The position numbers were made by a program, and so were the translations under genes. The notes under the pieces were generated by a model. That model was not told the origin of the DNA, did not search any database, and worked only from the letters and a program-made list of their open reading frames with translations. 64,000 nt of DNA from positions 124,001 to 188,000 of IMG/VR virus record IMGVR_UViG_3300046787_000200; one strand, 5' to 3'. Of the stretch, positions 55,700-64,000 are shown in pieces (the first letter of the stretch is position 1; each line of letters starts with the position of its first letter).

Positions 55700-57976
55700 T
55701 TGACTAATTCACCCGAAATCGAAAATATCATTGAACAAGCAATTGCTTTTGCTAAAGAGCGAAAGCATGAATATTGCACCGTAGAACACTTGCTATTAGC
55801 ATTAGTTACTCACACCCCATTTAAGAAATGCTTAGATAGTTTTGGTGCTGATTCTGATATGCTTATCCAAGAAGTAGGAGCATATTTAGATGGACAACAT
55901 TCAATAGAACTTAAAGGCGTGACTAGTGAAGAAGTTCACCCACGCAAAACAAATAGCCTTGAACGATTAATGAATCGTTCAGTTACACAAGTATTGTTTA
56001 CTGGTCGTAGACAAGTTACTACAATTGACTTGTATCTAAGTATGGCAAGTGAGGGCAATAGTCATGCACATTACTTCTTGTTGAAATACGGTATCAATAA
56101 ACAAGAGTTCGTGGCTCATTGGCAGAAAACTTATAAAGGTGCTGAGTTCACTACAAAACTAAGTGATGGTCAAGCAGACGAAATCCTCGAAGAATATACG
56201 ACTAACTTAAGCGACCTAGCACGTAAAGGTAAGATTGAACCATTGATCGGTCGTAGTAAAGAACTTGATGAAATCGTTAATGTACTTGCTAAACGATTCA
56301 AAGCTAACGTGTTGATGGTAGGTGATCCTGGCGTAGGTAAAACGGCTATTGCTGAAGGTCTTGCTAATATGATTGCTATGGGTGATTGCCCAGAGTTTAT
56401 TCTTAACCACGAAGTATATTCACTTGAAGTAGGTGCATTGCTTGCTGGTAGTAAATATCGCGGTGACTTTGAAGAAAAAGTCAAACAAGTATTAGAAGCA
56501 CTTAATACTAAAAAGAAAGCTATTCTATTCATTGACGAAGCACATACTATGAGTGGCGCAGGCTCTGGCAATGCAGGAGGTCCTGACTTTGCAAACATGA
56601 TTAAGCCAGCAATTACTAAAGGTACATTGAAAGTTATTGCTTCAACTACTTGGGAAGAATACTACGAAAGTTTTGAGAAGGATCGTGCATTGATGCGTAG
56701 ATTCTATCGTGTATCTATTGATGAACCTACTAAAGATACGACTATTAGTATTCTTACTGGACTAAGCACACGATTGAACGACTTCCATGAAGTAGAGATT
56801 CTACCTGAAGCAGTTACTGCCGCAGTGGAAAGTGCTGGACGATATATTCATGACCGTAAGAATCCTGATAAGAGTATTGACTTGCTTGATGCGGCTTGTG
56901 CCCGTCAGAAAGTTGATGGTAATAAAGGTGCTCAGATTACTAAAGATATGATTTTTCAACAAGTTGAACGCTTTACAGGTGTCCCTGCTGATAAACTTAG
57001 CGGTGATAACATGGATCGTATTCAAACACTTGAAGTTAATGTCAAGGGTAAATTGTATGGTCAAGATGAAACAGTTGATAAAGTACTTGAACGTATCTAT
57101 GTCAGTTTTGCAGGTATCGGTAGTGAAAGTAAACCAACTGCAAGTTTCTTGTTCTTGGGCCCAACAGGTACAGGTAAAACAGAATTGGCTAAGTTGTTGA
57201 GTAAGAACCTTGACATGCCATTGCTCAAATATGATATGTCAGAGTATGGTGAGAAACACTCTGTATCAAGTTTGATCGGTCCGCCCCCTGGCTATGTTGG
57301 TTTCGGTGACAGTCAAGTAAGTGGTGGACGACTAATTAATGACTTGAGCAAGAACCCACATAGTATCTTGTTGTTTGACGAAGTTGAGAAAGCACACCCT
57401 GATATCTTTAACATTTTCTTACAGATGCTTGATGAAGGTCGTATCACTGGATCTAATGGTAAAGAAGTTAACTGTAAGAACTGTGTTATCATCTTAACAA
57501 GTAACTTGGGTAGTAGTGATAGTGAACGCAATAACATTGGCTTTGGCTCACAAGAGAAGACAGGTGAAGATGATAAAGCACTAAAAGAATTCTTCAAGCC
57601 TGAATTCAGGAATCGTTTAGATTTAGTATGTAAGTTTAATAAGCTTGATATGCTTGCGATTAAGAAGATTGTTGTTAAGTTTGCAGAACAGTTGAAAGAT
57701 ACATTGTTGGATAAACACAACATTACATTGAACTTGAGTGAACCAGTAGTTGAGTATTTGGCTGAACAGGGTTATGATAAGAAGATGGGTGCTCGACCAC
57801 TAGCTCGTAAGATTGATGAGTTGATTCGTGTTCCGTTATCTAAGAAGATTCTGTTTGAACGTATTAAGAACTCAATTATTACTGCGGTAATTAATGATGA
57901 AGGTTCTATTGAATACAATGTTGTGCAAAAATCAACAGCAAGAGTAGGTGAAGATGGCATTATTGAGATCAGTTAA
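55700..57976 (+). CDS. clpA: ClpA-type Hsp100 AAA+ unfoldase
   Basis: Single Clp-N domain (TVEHLLLAL), two NBDs (GDPGVGKT, GPTGTGKT), IGF loop, GARPL, no ClpB middle domain. Confidence 0.9.
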   Translation: MTNSPEIENIIEQAIAFAKERKHEYCTVEHLLLALVTHTPFKKCLDSFGADSDMLIQEVGAYLDGQHSIELKGVTSEEVHPRKTNSLERLMNRSVTQVLFTGRRQVTTIDLYLSMASEGNSHAHYFLLKYGINKQEFVAHWQKTYKGAEFTTKLSDGQADEILEEYTTNLSDLARKGKIEPLIGRSKELDEIVNVLAKRFKANVLMVGDPGVGKTAIAEGLANMIAMGDCPEFILNHEVYSLEVGALLAGSKYRGDFEEKVKQVLEALNTKKKAILFIDEAHTMSGAGSGNAGGPDFANMIKPAITKGTLKVIASTTWEEYYESFEKDRALMRRFYRVSIDEPTKDTTISILTGLSTRLNDFHEVEILPEAVTAAVESAGRYIHDRKNPDKSIDLLDAACARQKVDGNKGAQITKDMIFQQVERFTGVPADKLSGDNMDRIQTLEVNVKGKLYGQDETVDKVLERIYVSFAGIGSESKPTASFLFLGPTGTGKTELAKLLSKNLDMPLLKYDMSEYGEKHSVSSLIGPPPGYVGFGDSQVSGGRLINDLSKNPHSILLFDEVEKAHPDIFNIFLQMLDEGRITGSNGKEVNCKNCVIILTSNLGSSDSERNNIGFGSQEKTGEDDKALKEFFKPEFRNRLDLVCKFNKLDMLAIKKIVVKFAEQLKDTLLDKHNITLNLSEPVVEYLAEQGYDKKMGARPLARKIDELIRVPLSKKILFERIKNSIITAVINDEGSIEYNVVQKSTARVGEDGIIEIS

Positions 57977-58685
57977 AGATGTACCCGGTATTGATTATAA
58001 TGAATATAGGGATGAACTATATTATAACAAATATCAATACCGAGCAAGATTTGTATTAGAAGGCGTAAGATATACATGGTATACTAAAACTCCGGAAGAG
58101 TTGGAAAATCGCATTAATGCTAAAAAGCCGTCATATTACGGTATCAGAAAAGAAGATAGATCAATTGTTCTTTCTAACTTAGAAACTATTAAACAGTTTA
58201 TATCTTGGCGTAATCAACGTAAAATTGATAAGAATGCAAGTATTCGAGTTGAGTACAATACTGTAGCTGTATTCAGTAATGATTTATCATTATTGCAATC
58301 ATTAGAATCTTTAGGCAATGGATTAGAGGTTGACTATACACAAGTACAAACTAGTAGATTTGTAGGTGTTAAAACCTTTGTGAATGAACCTAAACACAAG
58401 TATAGAATATATCTAAAATCCAAAGTTGTTGAAGGTTCACTCATTATTGATTTATATGATTTAATACAAAAAACACCCGGATTGTATCCTTCTGAATCAC
58501 TAAAATATTGGTTGAAAGGTGCTAAAGATCCTAAACGTTTTAGCTACAGTTGGCGTTATCGGTATACAAATGCTACTCATTTCATTGATTATGACGATGA
58601 AAGCACATTAAGTTATCTTGCACTAATGCACGGTGATTATCTCGGAAAACGTTACAAGTTAGAAAAACGACCTGATCCTATCTAA
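57948..58685 (+). CDS. Hypothetical protein
   Basis: 245 aa ORF overlapping the clpA end; start at 57948 or 57954. Confidence 0.7.
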   Translation: MKMALLRSVKDVPGIDYNEYRDELYYNKYQYRARFVLEGVRYTWYTKTPEELENRINAKKPSYYGIRKEDRSIVLSNLETIKQFISWRNQRKIDKNASIRVEYNTVAVFSNDLSLLQSLESLGNGLEVDYTQVQTSRFVGVKTFVNEPKHKYRIYLKSKVVEGSLIIDLYDLIQKTPGLYPSESLKYWLKGAKDPKRFSYSWRYRYTNATHFIDYDDESTLSYLALMHGDYLGKRYKLEKRPDPI

Positions 58686-58720
58686 AATGATAAATACTCT
58701 AATAAAATGGAGTATTTACC

Positions 58721-58885
58721 ATGGCAAGGATTGTCGAAGACGTAATCGTCATCAAATTTAGTAAAATCGTAAAAGATAGCGAAGAAGGTTCTTCTGTCGC
58801 TACTTCCGACGTTCAGGCAGCATTAGAACAAGTTGCACAAGAATTAGTCGGTGATGCAGTAGTTGTTGAGGTTGTAAAAGCATGA
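58721..58885 (+). CDS. Small 54 aa late protein (absent from the ORF track)
   Basis: MARIVEDVIVIKFSKIVKD...VEVVKA; late box, GGAG SD, ATGA overlap with the next gene. Confidence 0.75.
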   Translation: MARIVEDVIVIKFSKIVKDSEEGSSVATSDVQAALEQVAQELVGDAVVVEVVKA

Positions 58886-59247
58886 GCCAAACCACGACAC
58901 TAATATTATTGCCACAAACAGCTTGGGCGTCAAACGTTGCAAATGGTAATTCTTATACGGTAACAGGTAATAGTCAACCAGCGGCATCATACGTTATTAC
59001 ACCCAAAGCATTACAAACAGTTAATGTTAATTTAAATAACGTACATGGTAATATTGTTATACAAGCAACACTAGCTACAAGTCCAGGTGAAGGTGATTGG
59101 TTCAAAGTATATGAACTAGTAGCTGATGCCAACGCAAATGCCAATGCATCTACTTACAATAATATTGAAGGTAGTTATGTGTATATGAGAGCGAAGGTTG
59201 AAGATTTCTCTCAAGGTACAGTCAATTTTGTAAAGCTAAGTTATTAA
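58882..59247 (+). CDS. Small beta-sandwich protein, paralogous to the C-terminus of 6643-7410
   Basis: GNIV...GDW...G-Y-Y-R pattern shared. Confidence 0.65.
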   Translation: MSQTTTLILLPQTAWASNVANGNSYTVTGNSQPAASYVITPKALQTVNVNLNNVHGNIVIQATLATSPGEGDWFKVYELVADANANANASTYNNIEGSYVYMRAKVEDFSQGTVNFVKLSY

Positions 59248-59248
59248 T

Positions 59249-61393
59249 ATGAGACAAATAGTCATTATGCCGGGAGGCTTTCATCCTTTTCACGCAGGTC
59301 ATGCATCATTGTATCAAAGTGCAGTAAAAGCATTTCCCAATGCAGAAGTATATGTCGCCGCTACTAATGACACAAAAACAAGACCGTTCCCCTTCGCTAT
59401 TAAAGAGAAATTAGCAAAGCTTGCAGGTGTTGCAGATAAACACTTTGTGCAAGTTAAGAGTCCTTTCCAGGCAAGAGAGATAACTGACAAATACAACCCT
59501 GAAGAAGATGTATTAATCTTTGTTCGTAGTGAGAAAGATAAGACTGAACAACCTAAACCAGGTGGCACTAAAAAAGATGGTAGTCCTGCTTACTTCCAAC
59601 CATATACAGGTAAGAATTTACAGCCATTCAGCAAACACGCATATATTGCATATCTACCTACAGTAGAGTTTGGTCCTGGCATTACAAGTGCAACAGAAAT
59701 ACGTAATGCATGGCCTAAGTTAGATGACCGTCGTAAGACAGCAATGGTTATGAGTTTATATCCAGTAACACAAAAGAATCCTAAACTTGCCGCTAACGTT
59801 GTAAAGATGTTAGATATGGGTATGGGTGAACAGCAAGGTCTGGCGGAAATGGATTCACAAGGTTATACAGGTAGCCGTGATAAGAAAAGTAATAGCAAGT
59901 ACGGTAGCCGCGATGACTATGAGTTAGGTAAAGGTAAAGAACATACCGGCAAGGCTATCACGGCCAATAATATGGTTAAAGCAGCCAAGAAAGTCTGGGA
60001 CTATGCTACTGAACCAGTAGATGCTCCTAACATAGAAACCTATAAGAAACATCGTGCTAAAAATATTGCTAACATTCGCAAGAACAAAGATCAAGGTGTG
60101 AAGGAAGGCTCACTAAACGAATTTGCTCCAGACGGATTCAACGGTGGCGATGACGATGAAGGGTTTAGTCCAGAGATTGCGAAGATGGCACAAGAAGATG
60201 GCTTTACTAAAGGTGCCGGCCTTGCTGATGGTGCTACATTAGAACGAGCAATGGCAATCAATCACTGGCACAGCACACACGGTGGTATGTATAAACAATA
60301 CTTTGCCAAAGGCTTTAAAGCAGGTCGTATGGATAAAATCCGTCACAATAATAAACAATACAATCTCAACTTGAAGTTGATGAAAGACGGTAGTATCCGT
60401 CACGGTGAGCAAGGTGTGGCGGAAGGCGAAGTTGTTCCCTTCAAGCAACCATCAAAAACATTAACTTGGGAACAAGTACCTAAAGATGTTTTATTGGTAG
60501 CTAATGATTGGTTCTGGGCAAGTGAAGATAATTCAGGACTTGACGCTACTATAGATCCTGAAGGTTATGGTAATGGTACTGCCAATGATGTAAAGTATTT
60601 GTCAGCTAAACTACAACAAAAAGGTTGGACAATCGATTTCAATGATGAATACGATCAACCAGGTGAGTTCAATCTAAGACTTACTAACAAACGTGGTCAA
60701 ACTGTATTGTTGCCCATTGAGGATGCACAAAACTTTACTGGTTGGGCAAAGGGAACAAGTTCGTATGATTTAGAAGAAGGTGCAAGCTTATCAGTAGAAC
60801 AACTTGCACATATCAGTGATAAAGCATTAGATGATGCTTATCATTATGGTCGTAGCACACCCGGCGCAAACTTTGGTTGGTTAGCAAACATTCAATCAGC
60901 AAAAGCCGCAAAACGTTTAATTGATGCCGGTGTAACTGATATTGAAGCTATTAGTGATGCTATTCACAAAGGTTGGAATGTCACAGCCGCCGCCGACTAT
61001 AAAGGTCAACTACAGTTAGATACACCTACTCCGGAAGATAAGAAATTAAAACGTGCTAAGTTAGCAATGCAATCTTACAGTCAACTTCCAGAAGAAGAAA
61101 AAGAGAAGGATCGTGTTGTGGCACGTGCTTTATTGCAAGCTATTAAAGGTACTTCTTTAAATGAAGGCCCTTTCGTCCAGCGAATCACTAATCCAAAGAA
61201 AGTTAGTATCTACCTAAGAATAGGTAAAGGGTCTAAACTTGTTGCTACTGATATACCTTATGAAATATTAGATAAGTATGTTGCCAAAGTTATCCAGAAA
61301 TACCCACAGTTTAAGCCAACTGATTTCTCGTTTGCGTCAACTGATAAAGTAGACGAAGCTGAAACTAATCAGGATTACTTAGAAGAAAATTAA
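59249..61393 (+). CDS. HxGH (cytidylyltransferase-like) nucleotidyltransferase with C-terminal cassette tail
   Basis: PGGFHPFHAGH, SATEIR; then modules separated by QGLAE, QGVKE, QGVAE, LEE, LNE. Confidence 0.8.
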   Translation: MRQIVIMPGGFHPFHAGHASLYQSAVKAFPNAEVYVAATNDTKTRPFPFAIKEKLAKLAGVADKHFVQVKSPFQAREITDKYNPEEDVLIFVRSEKDKTEQPKPGGTKKDGSPAYFQPYTGKNLQPFSKHAYIAYLPTVEFGPGITSATEIRNAWPKLDDRRKTAMVMSLYPVTQKNPKLAANVVKMLDMGMGEQQGLAEMDSQGYTGSRDKKSNSKYGSRDDYELGKGKEHTGKAITANNMVKAAKKVWDYATEPVDAPNIETYKKHRAKNIANIRKNKDQGVKEGSLNEFAPDGFNGGDDDEGFSPEIAKMAQEDGFTKGAGLADGATLERAMAINHWHSTHGGMYKQYFAKGFKAGRMDKIRHNNKQYNLNLKLMKDGSIRHGEQGVAEGEVVPFKQPSKTLTWEQVPKDVLLVANDWFWASEDNSGLDATIDPEGYGNGTANDVKYLSAKLQQKGWTIDFNDEYDQPGEFNLRLTNKRGQTVLLPIEDAQNFTGWAKGTSSYDLEEGASLSVEQLAHISDKALDDAYHYGRSTPGANFGWLANIQSAKAAKRLIDAGVTDIEAISDAIHKGWNVTAAADYKGQLQLDTPTPEDKKLKRAKLAMQSYSQLPEEEKEKDRVVARALLQAIKGTSLNEGPFVQRITNPKKVSIYLRIGKGSKLVATDIPYEILDKYVAKVIQKYPQFKPTDFSFASTDKVDEAETNQDYLEEN

Positions 61394-61449
61394 AAATATT
61401 TCGACCCCTCTTAACTAGTGTAAATATTTACATCATTTAAGAGGACCAA

Positions 61450-62355
61450 ATGGCAACTAAGAAAACAAAATCAGAAGCAAAAACAGTACCTGTAGAAAAG
61501 GTACAAGAAATCGCCGCTCAAGCAGCCGCAAATCCACCAGAAGCTACGGCTGCTGGTCAAGTACAAGTTAATGTAGATTTCTTACGCACAACACGTGTAC
61601 ACATAGCAATGCCATGTTATGGTGGTATGCTAACAGAATCAACATTTATGTCATTTATCAAGTGGGCTAACACTGCCCGTCAACTTGGTATTGATTGGAC
61701 ATTAGAAACAATGGTCAACGAATCATTGATTAGTCGTGCTCGTAACACACTAACTGCTAAGTTCCTAGATATGCCAGACGCAACACACTTATTCTTTGTT
61801 GACGCTGACATTGGTTGGGAGCCATGGCACTTGTTAGTATTATTGAACCGTGACGTTGATGTTGCGGCAGGTCTATATCCTATGAAGACAATGCCGATCA
61901 AATGGGTTGTTAACGGATTTGAAGGTGCAGAAGAAGGACCAGATGGTCTACAAGAAGTATCTAAAGCAGGTACAGGTTTCTTGTTAATGAAGAAACACGT
62001 ATTTGAAAAGATGAAGTCTCATCCTGCAGTTAAGCAGTATAAGAACGATATCGGTTTAGATCCAAAGTACGACCAACACTTGAAGACTTACTTTGATACA
62101 GCAGTTCGTCAGAATCGTTACTACAGTGAAGACTGGACATTCTGTGAAAACTGGCGTGATATGGGTGGTAAGATTTGGGTTGACAAACGTGTATTGTTAC
62201 GTCACTCAGGCTCTTATGTATTCTGTATGGAAAATCAACAACACTTGATGAATACAATTGGACCTATGTATGTTCAGGAACAGCAACAAAAAGCGGCTGC
62301 AGAACAGCAAGTTGTCCCGGATGCATCAGGCAACGTAACACTAAAAATCTCTTAA
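61450..62355 (+). CDS. GT-A fold glycosyltransferase
   Basis: IAMPCY, LISRARN, LFFVDADI (DxD), GTGFLLM, SEDWTFC, H. Confidence 0.82.
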   Translation: MATKKTKSEAKTVPVEKVQEIAAQAAANPPEATAAGQVQVNVDFLRTTRVHIAMPCYGGMLTESTFMSFIKWANTARQLGIDWTLETMVNESLISRARNTLTAKFLDMPDATHLFFVDADIGWEPWHLLVLLNRDVDVAAGLYPMKTMPIKWVVNGFEGAEEGPDGLQEVSKAGTGFLLMKKHVFEKMKSHPAVKQYKNDIGLDPKYDQHLKTYFDTAVRQNRYYSEDWTFCENWRDMGGKIWVDKRVLLRHSGSYVFCMENQQHLMNTIGPMYVQEQQQKAAAEQQVVPDASGNVTLKIS

Positions 62356-62361
62356 ATGAGT

Positions 62362-62380
62362 AGCCCCGAAAGGGGCTTTT
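62362..62380 (+). terminator. Intrinsic terminator
   Basis: AGCCCC-GAAA-GGGGCT followed by TTT. Confidence 0.8.
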
Positions 62381-62410
62381 TCATATCTACTGAATAAAGC
62401 TAAATACTAG

Positions 62411-64000
62411 ATGGACTTAAAAGAATTAGACTCGTTTAAAATGTCGGATGCGATAACATTCCACGATAAACTTAATCCAAAGTTATTTCGTGGCACTCAC
62501 CTACAATCTGATGTATCAGATCAATTAAAAGTTATAGCACAAGATTTCTTAGAAGAATTAGGAATTAAAGGTTTAGATGTTAAAGACATAACTATATCCG
62601 GATCTAATGCGGCATATAGTTATACACCTAACAGCGATTTAGACTTACACATATTAGTTGATTTAAGTCAGTATCCAGACGATGAGATATACCAAGAGTT
62701 ATTTCACGCTAAAAAGACAATATACAATGATTCACACAATATCAAAGTTCACGGAATTCCAGTAGAATTATATGTGCAAGATAGCAACGAACCTGTAATA
62801 AGTTTAGGTGAGTATAGTATATTAAAAGACAAGTGGCTTAGAATTCCTACTAAACGTAGAAGTAATTTAGACCAAACTGCTACTAAACAGAAATACGAAA
62901 AGTTATTGAAGCTAGCAGAATATGCGTTAAAGTCAAAGAAATTAAGTAAAGTAAAACAAATATTACAAACTATCAAACGTTATCGTCAAGCTGGACTAGA
63001 TAAAGGTGGAGAGTTTGGTCCTGAGAATCTAGCATTCAAGGCATTACGTAGTCAAGGTATTATTACTAAATTGTATGATTTGCGTGACAAATTACATAGT
63101 CAACATTTGAGTATTGAGAGTATGTATTCTAATGATGTTGATGAAGATTATCATCCAAATGGTAAGCCACCTGGACCTGAGTTTAAACCCACAATGCCAG
63201 CCGGCACTGTTAGAGTAGATGTATCAGATGTATATGATTGGTATAAGTTAGGTCAAAACATCAGTGACCTTGGTAGAGCAGATCCTAATATGTTTGGTAA
63301 AGGACCTCCTAGCACTATTATGTCATTTGGGGACGAAGATACTGAACACAAATATATCAATGACTTAGAGAAGACTGGATTAACTACAACTGACATTGAC
63401 CCAGTTGATCCTAAGCAACCTAAAGGTATGAAGCGTCAGAAGACTGACCCTACTTACAATGTGTCGGAACAAGAAACAATGCAATATGCTGCCGAAAAGA
63501 TACCGGCAACTAATCCATATGGTGGTCTTAAAGATAGACAGTATCGTGGTAGTATATCAGAAATAAGAAAAAATCCAGAACAAAATCTTAAGTCAGAATC
63601 TGGTATGAAAGAATTAGCAAGTATTGCTAAGACTATTAGTGATCCAGAAAACTGGGCTATCAGTATGACCAGTGAACCCAAGTTAGGTATCAACCCACAA
63701 GTAGGTATTAGCGAAGACACCCCTAAAGGCATTTACTTCTATCCATTGAACTATGCATTAGGTAAGACACGCTATGGAAAATTGCCTTGGGGAAATGACT
63801 ATCCCTATATTCAGTTGTTTCAATATGATCGTTCACGTGAAATGACTAAACAAACAAAAGTTGACCCTGCTAAATTAAAACAAGCATTGCTTCAATATTG
63901 TCCTGAAGAAGTAATACAGCAAGCAATTGACGATCCAGAATACGACGGAACACCATACTGGTTCATTTACGATTGTTTAAGCAGACTAGGACAAAACGAC
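62411..64000 (+). CDS. Pol-beta-superfamily nucleotidyltransferase with C-terminal cassettes (3' partial, absent from the ORF track)
   Basis: My translation: MDLKEL...ISGSNAAYSYTPNSDLDLHI...VELYVQD; frame open to the window end. Confidence 0.8.
   Translation, partial: MDLKELDSFKMSDAITFHDKLNPKLFRGTHLQSDVSDQLKVIAQDFLEELGIKGLDVKDITISGSNAAYSYTPNSDLDLHILVDLSQYPDDEIYQELFHAKKTIYNDSHNIKVHGIPVELYVQDSNEPVISLGEYSILKDKWLRIPTKRRSNLDQTATKQKYEKLLKLAEYALKSKKLSKVKQILQTIKRYRQAGLDKGGEFGPENLAFKALRSQGIITKLYDLRDKLHSQHLSIESMYSNDVDEDYHPNGKPPGPEFKPTMPAGTVRVDVSDVYDWYKLGQNISDLGRADPNMFGKGPPSTIMSFGDEDTEHKYINDLEKTGLTTTDIDPVDPKQPKGMKRQKTDPTYNVSEQETMQYAAEKIPATNPYGGLKDRQYRGSISEIRKNPEQNLKSESGMKELASIAKTISDPENWAISMTSEPKLGINPQVGISEDTPKGIYFYPLNYALGKTRYGKLPWGNDYPYIQLFQYDRSREMTKQTKVDPAKLKQALLQYCPEEVIQQAIDDPEYDGTPYWFIYDCLSRLGQND

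Noticed and set aside
1-64000. Alternative genetic code (stop reassignment seen in some jumbo phages)
   Set aside because: Known proteins are full length under code 11, TGA is used as a stop in ATGA overlaps, and coding density is already near complete
1-64000. tRNA, rRNA or other known ncRNA genes
   Set aside because: Intergenic gaps are almost all under about 120 nt and none showed a cloverleaf or T-loop consensus by eye; tRNAscan-SE/Infernal would be needed to be certain
1-64000. Major capsid, portal, terminase, family B polymerase, late sigma factor
   Set aside because: No recognisable motifs in this window; presumably elsewhere in the genome

Overview
A 64 kb, AT-rich, gene-dense segment of a large T4-like (contractile-tailed) bacteriophage genome, read with the standard code (about 84 CDS). 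I saw no tRNA, rRNA, CRISPR array or transposase. Layout: (1) 1-5075, a head-to-tail array of 17 clear and 2-3 degenerate paralogous small proteins ending L-x-W/Y/F-x-stop; the array probably continues upstream. (2) Replication genes: DEDD exonuclease, a miniature DnaE split into two genes 43 kb apart, primase, DnaB-type helicase, clamp loader, PD-(D/E)XK nuclease, dNMP kinase, MazG, Nudix, PhoH. (3) Virion genes: neck gp13/gp14-like, tail completion gp15-like, sheath, tube, gp4-like, two long repeat fibres, baseplate proteins, GH19 endolysin, holin, and several putative internal head proteins. (4) Host-like helpers: IscA, GroES, DnaJ, ClpA, glycosyltransferases. (5) Two nucleotidyltransferases carrying tails of in-frame cassettes. 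Regulatory structure is readable: sigma70-type promoters and T4-like late boxes (ATAAATA), many placed for leaderless translation or embedded in hairpins that hide the ribosome-binding site. Best leads: the LRW array, whose conserved C-terminus doubles as the Shine-Dalgarno of the next gene; the QG(V/L)(A/K)E cassette polyproteins with a junction conserved at nucleotide level; and the split minimal DnaE. All product calls come from motifs recognised by eye; no database search was run.
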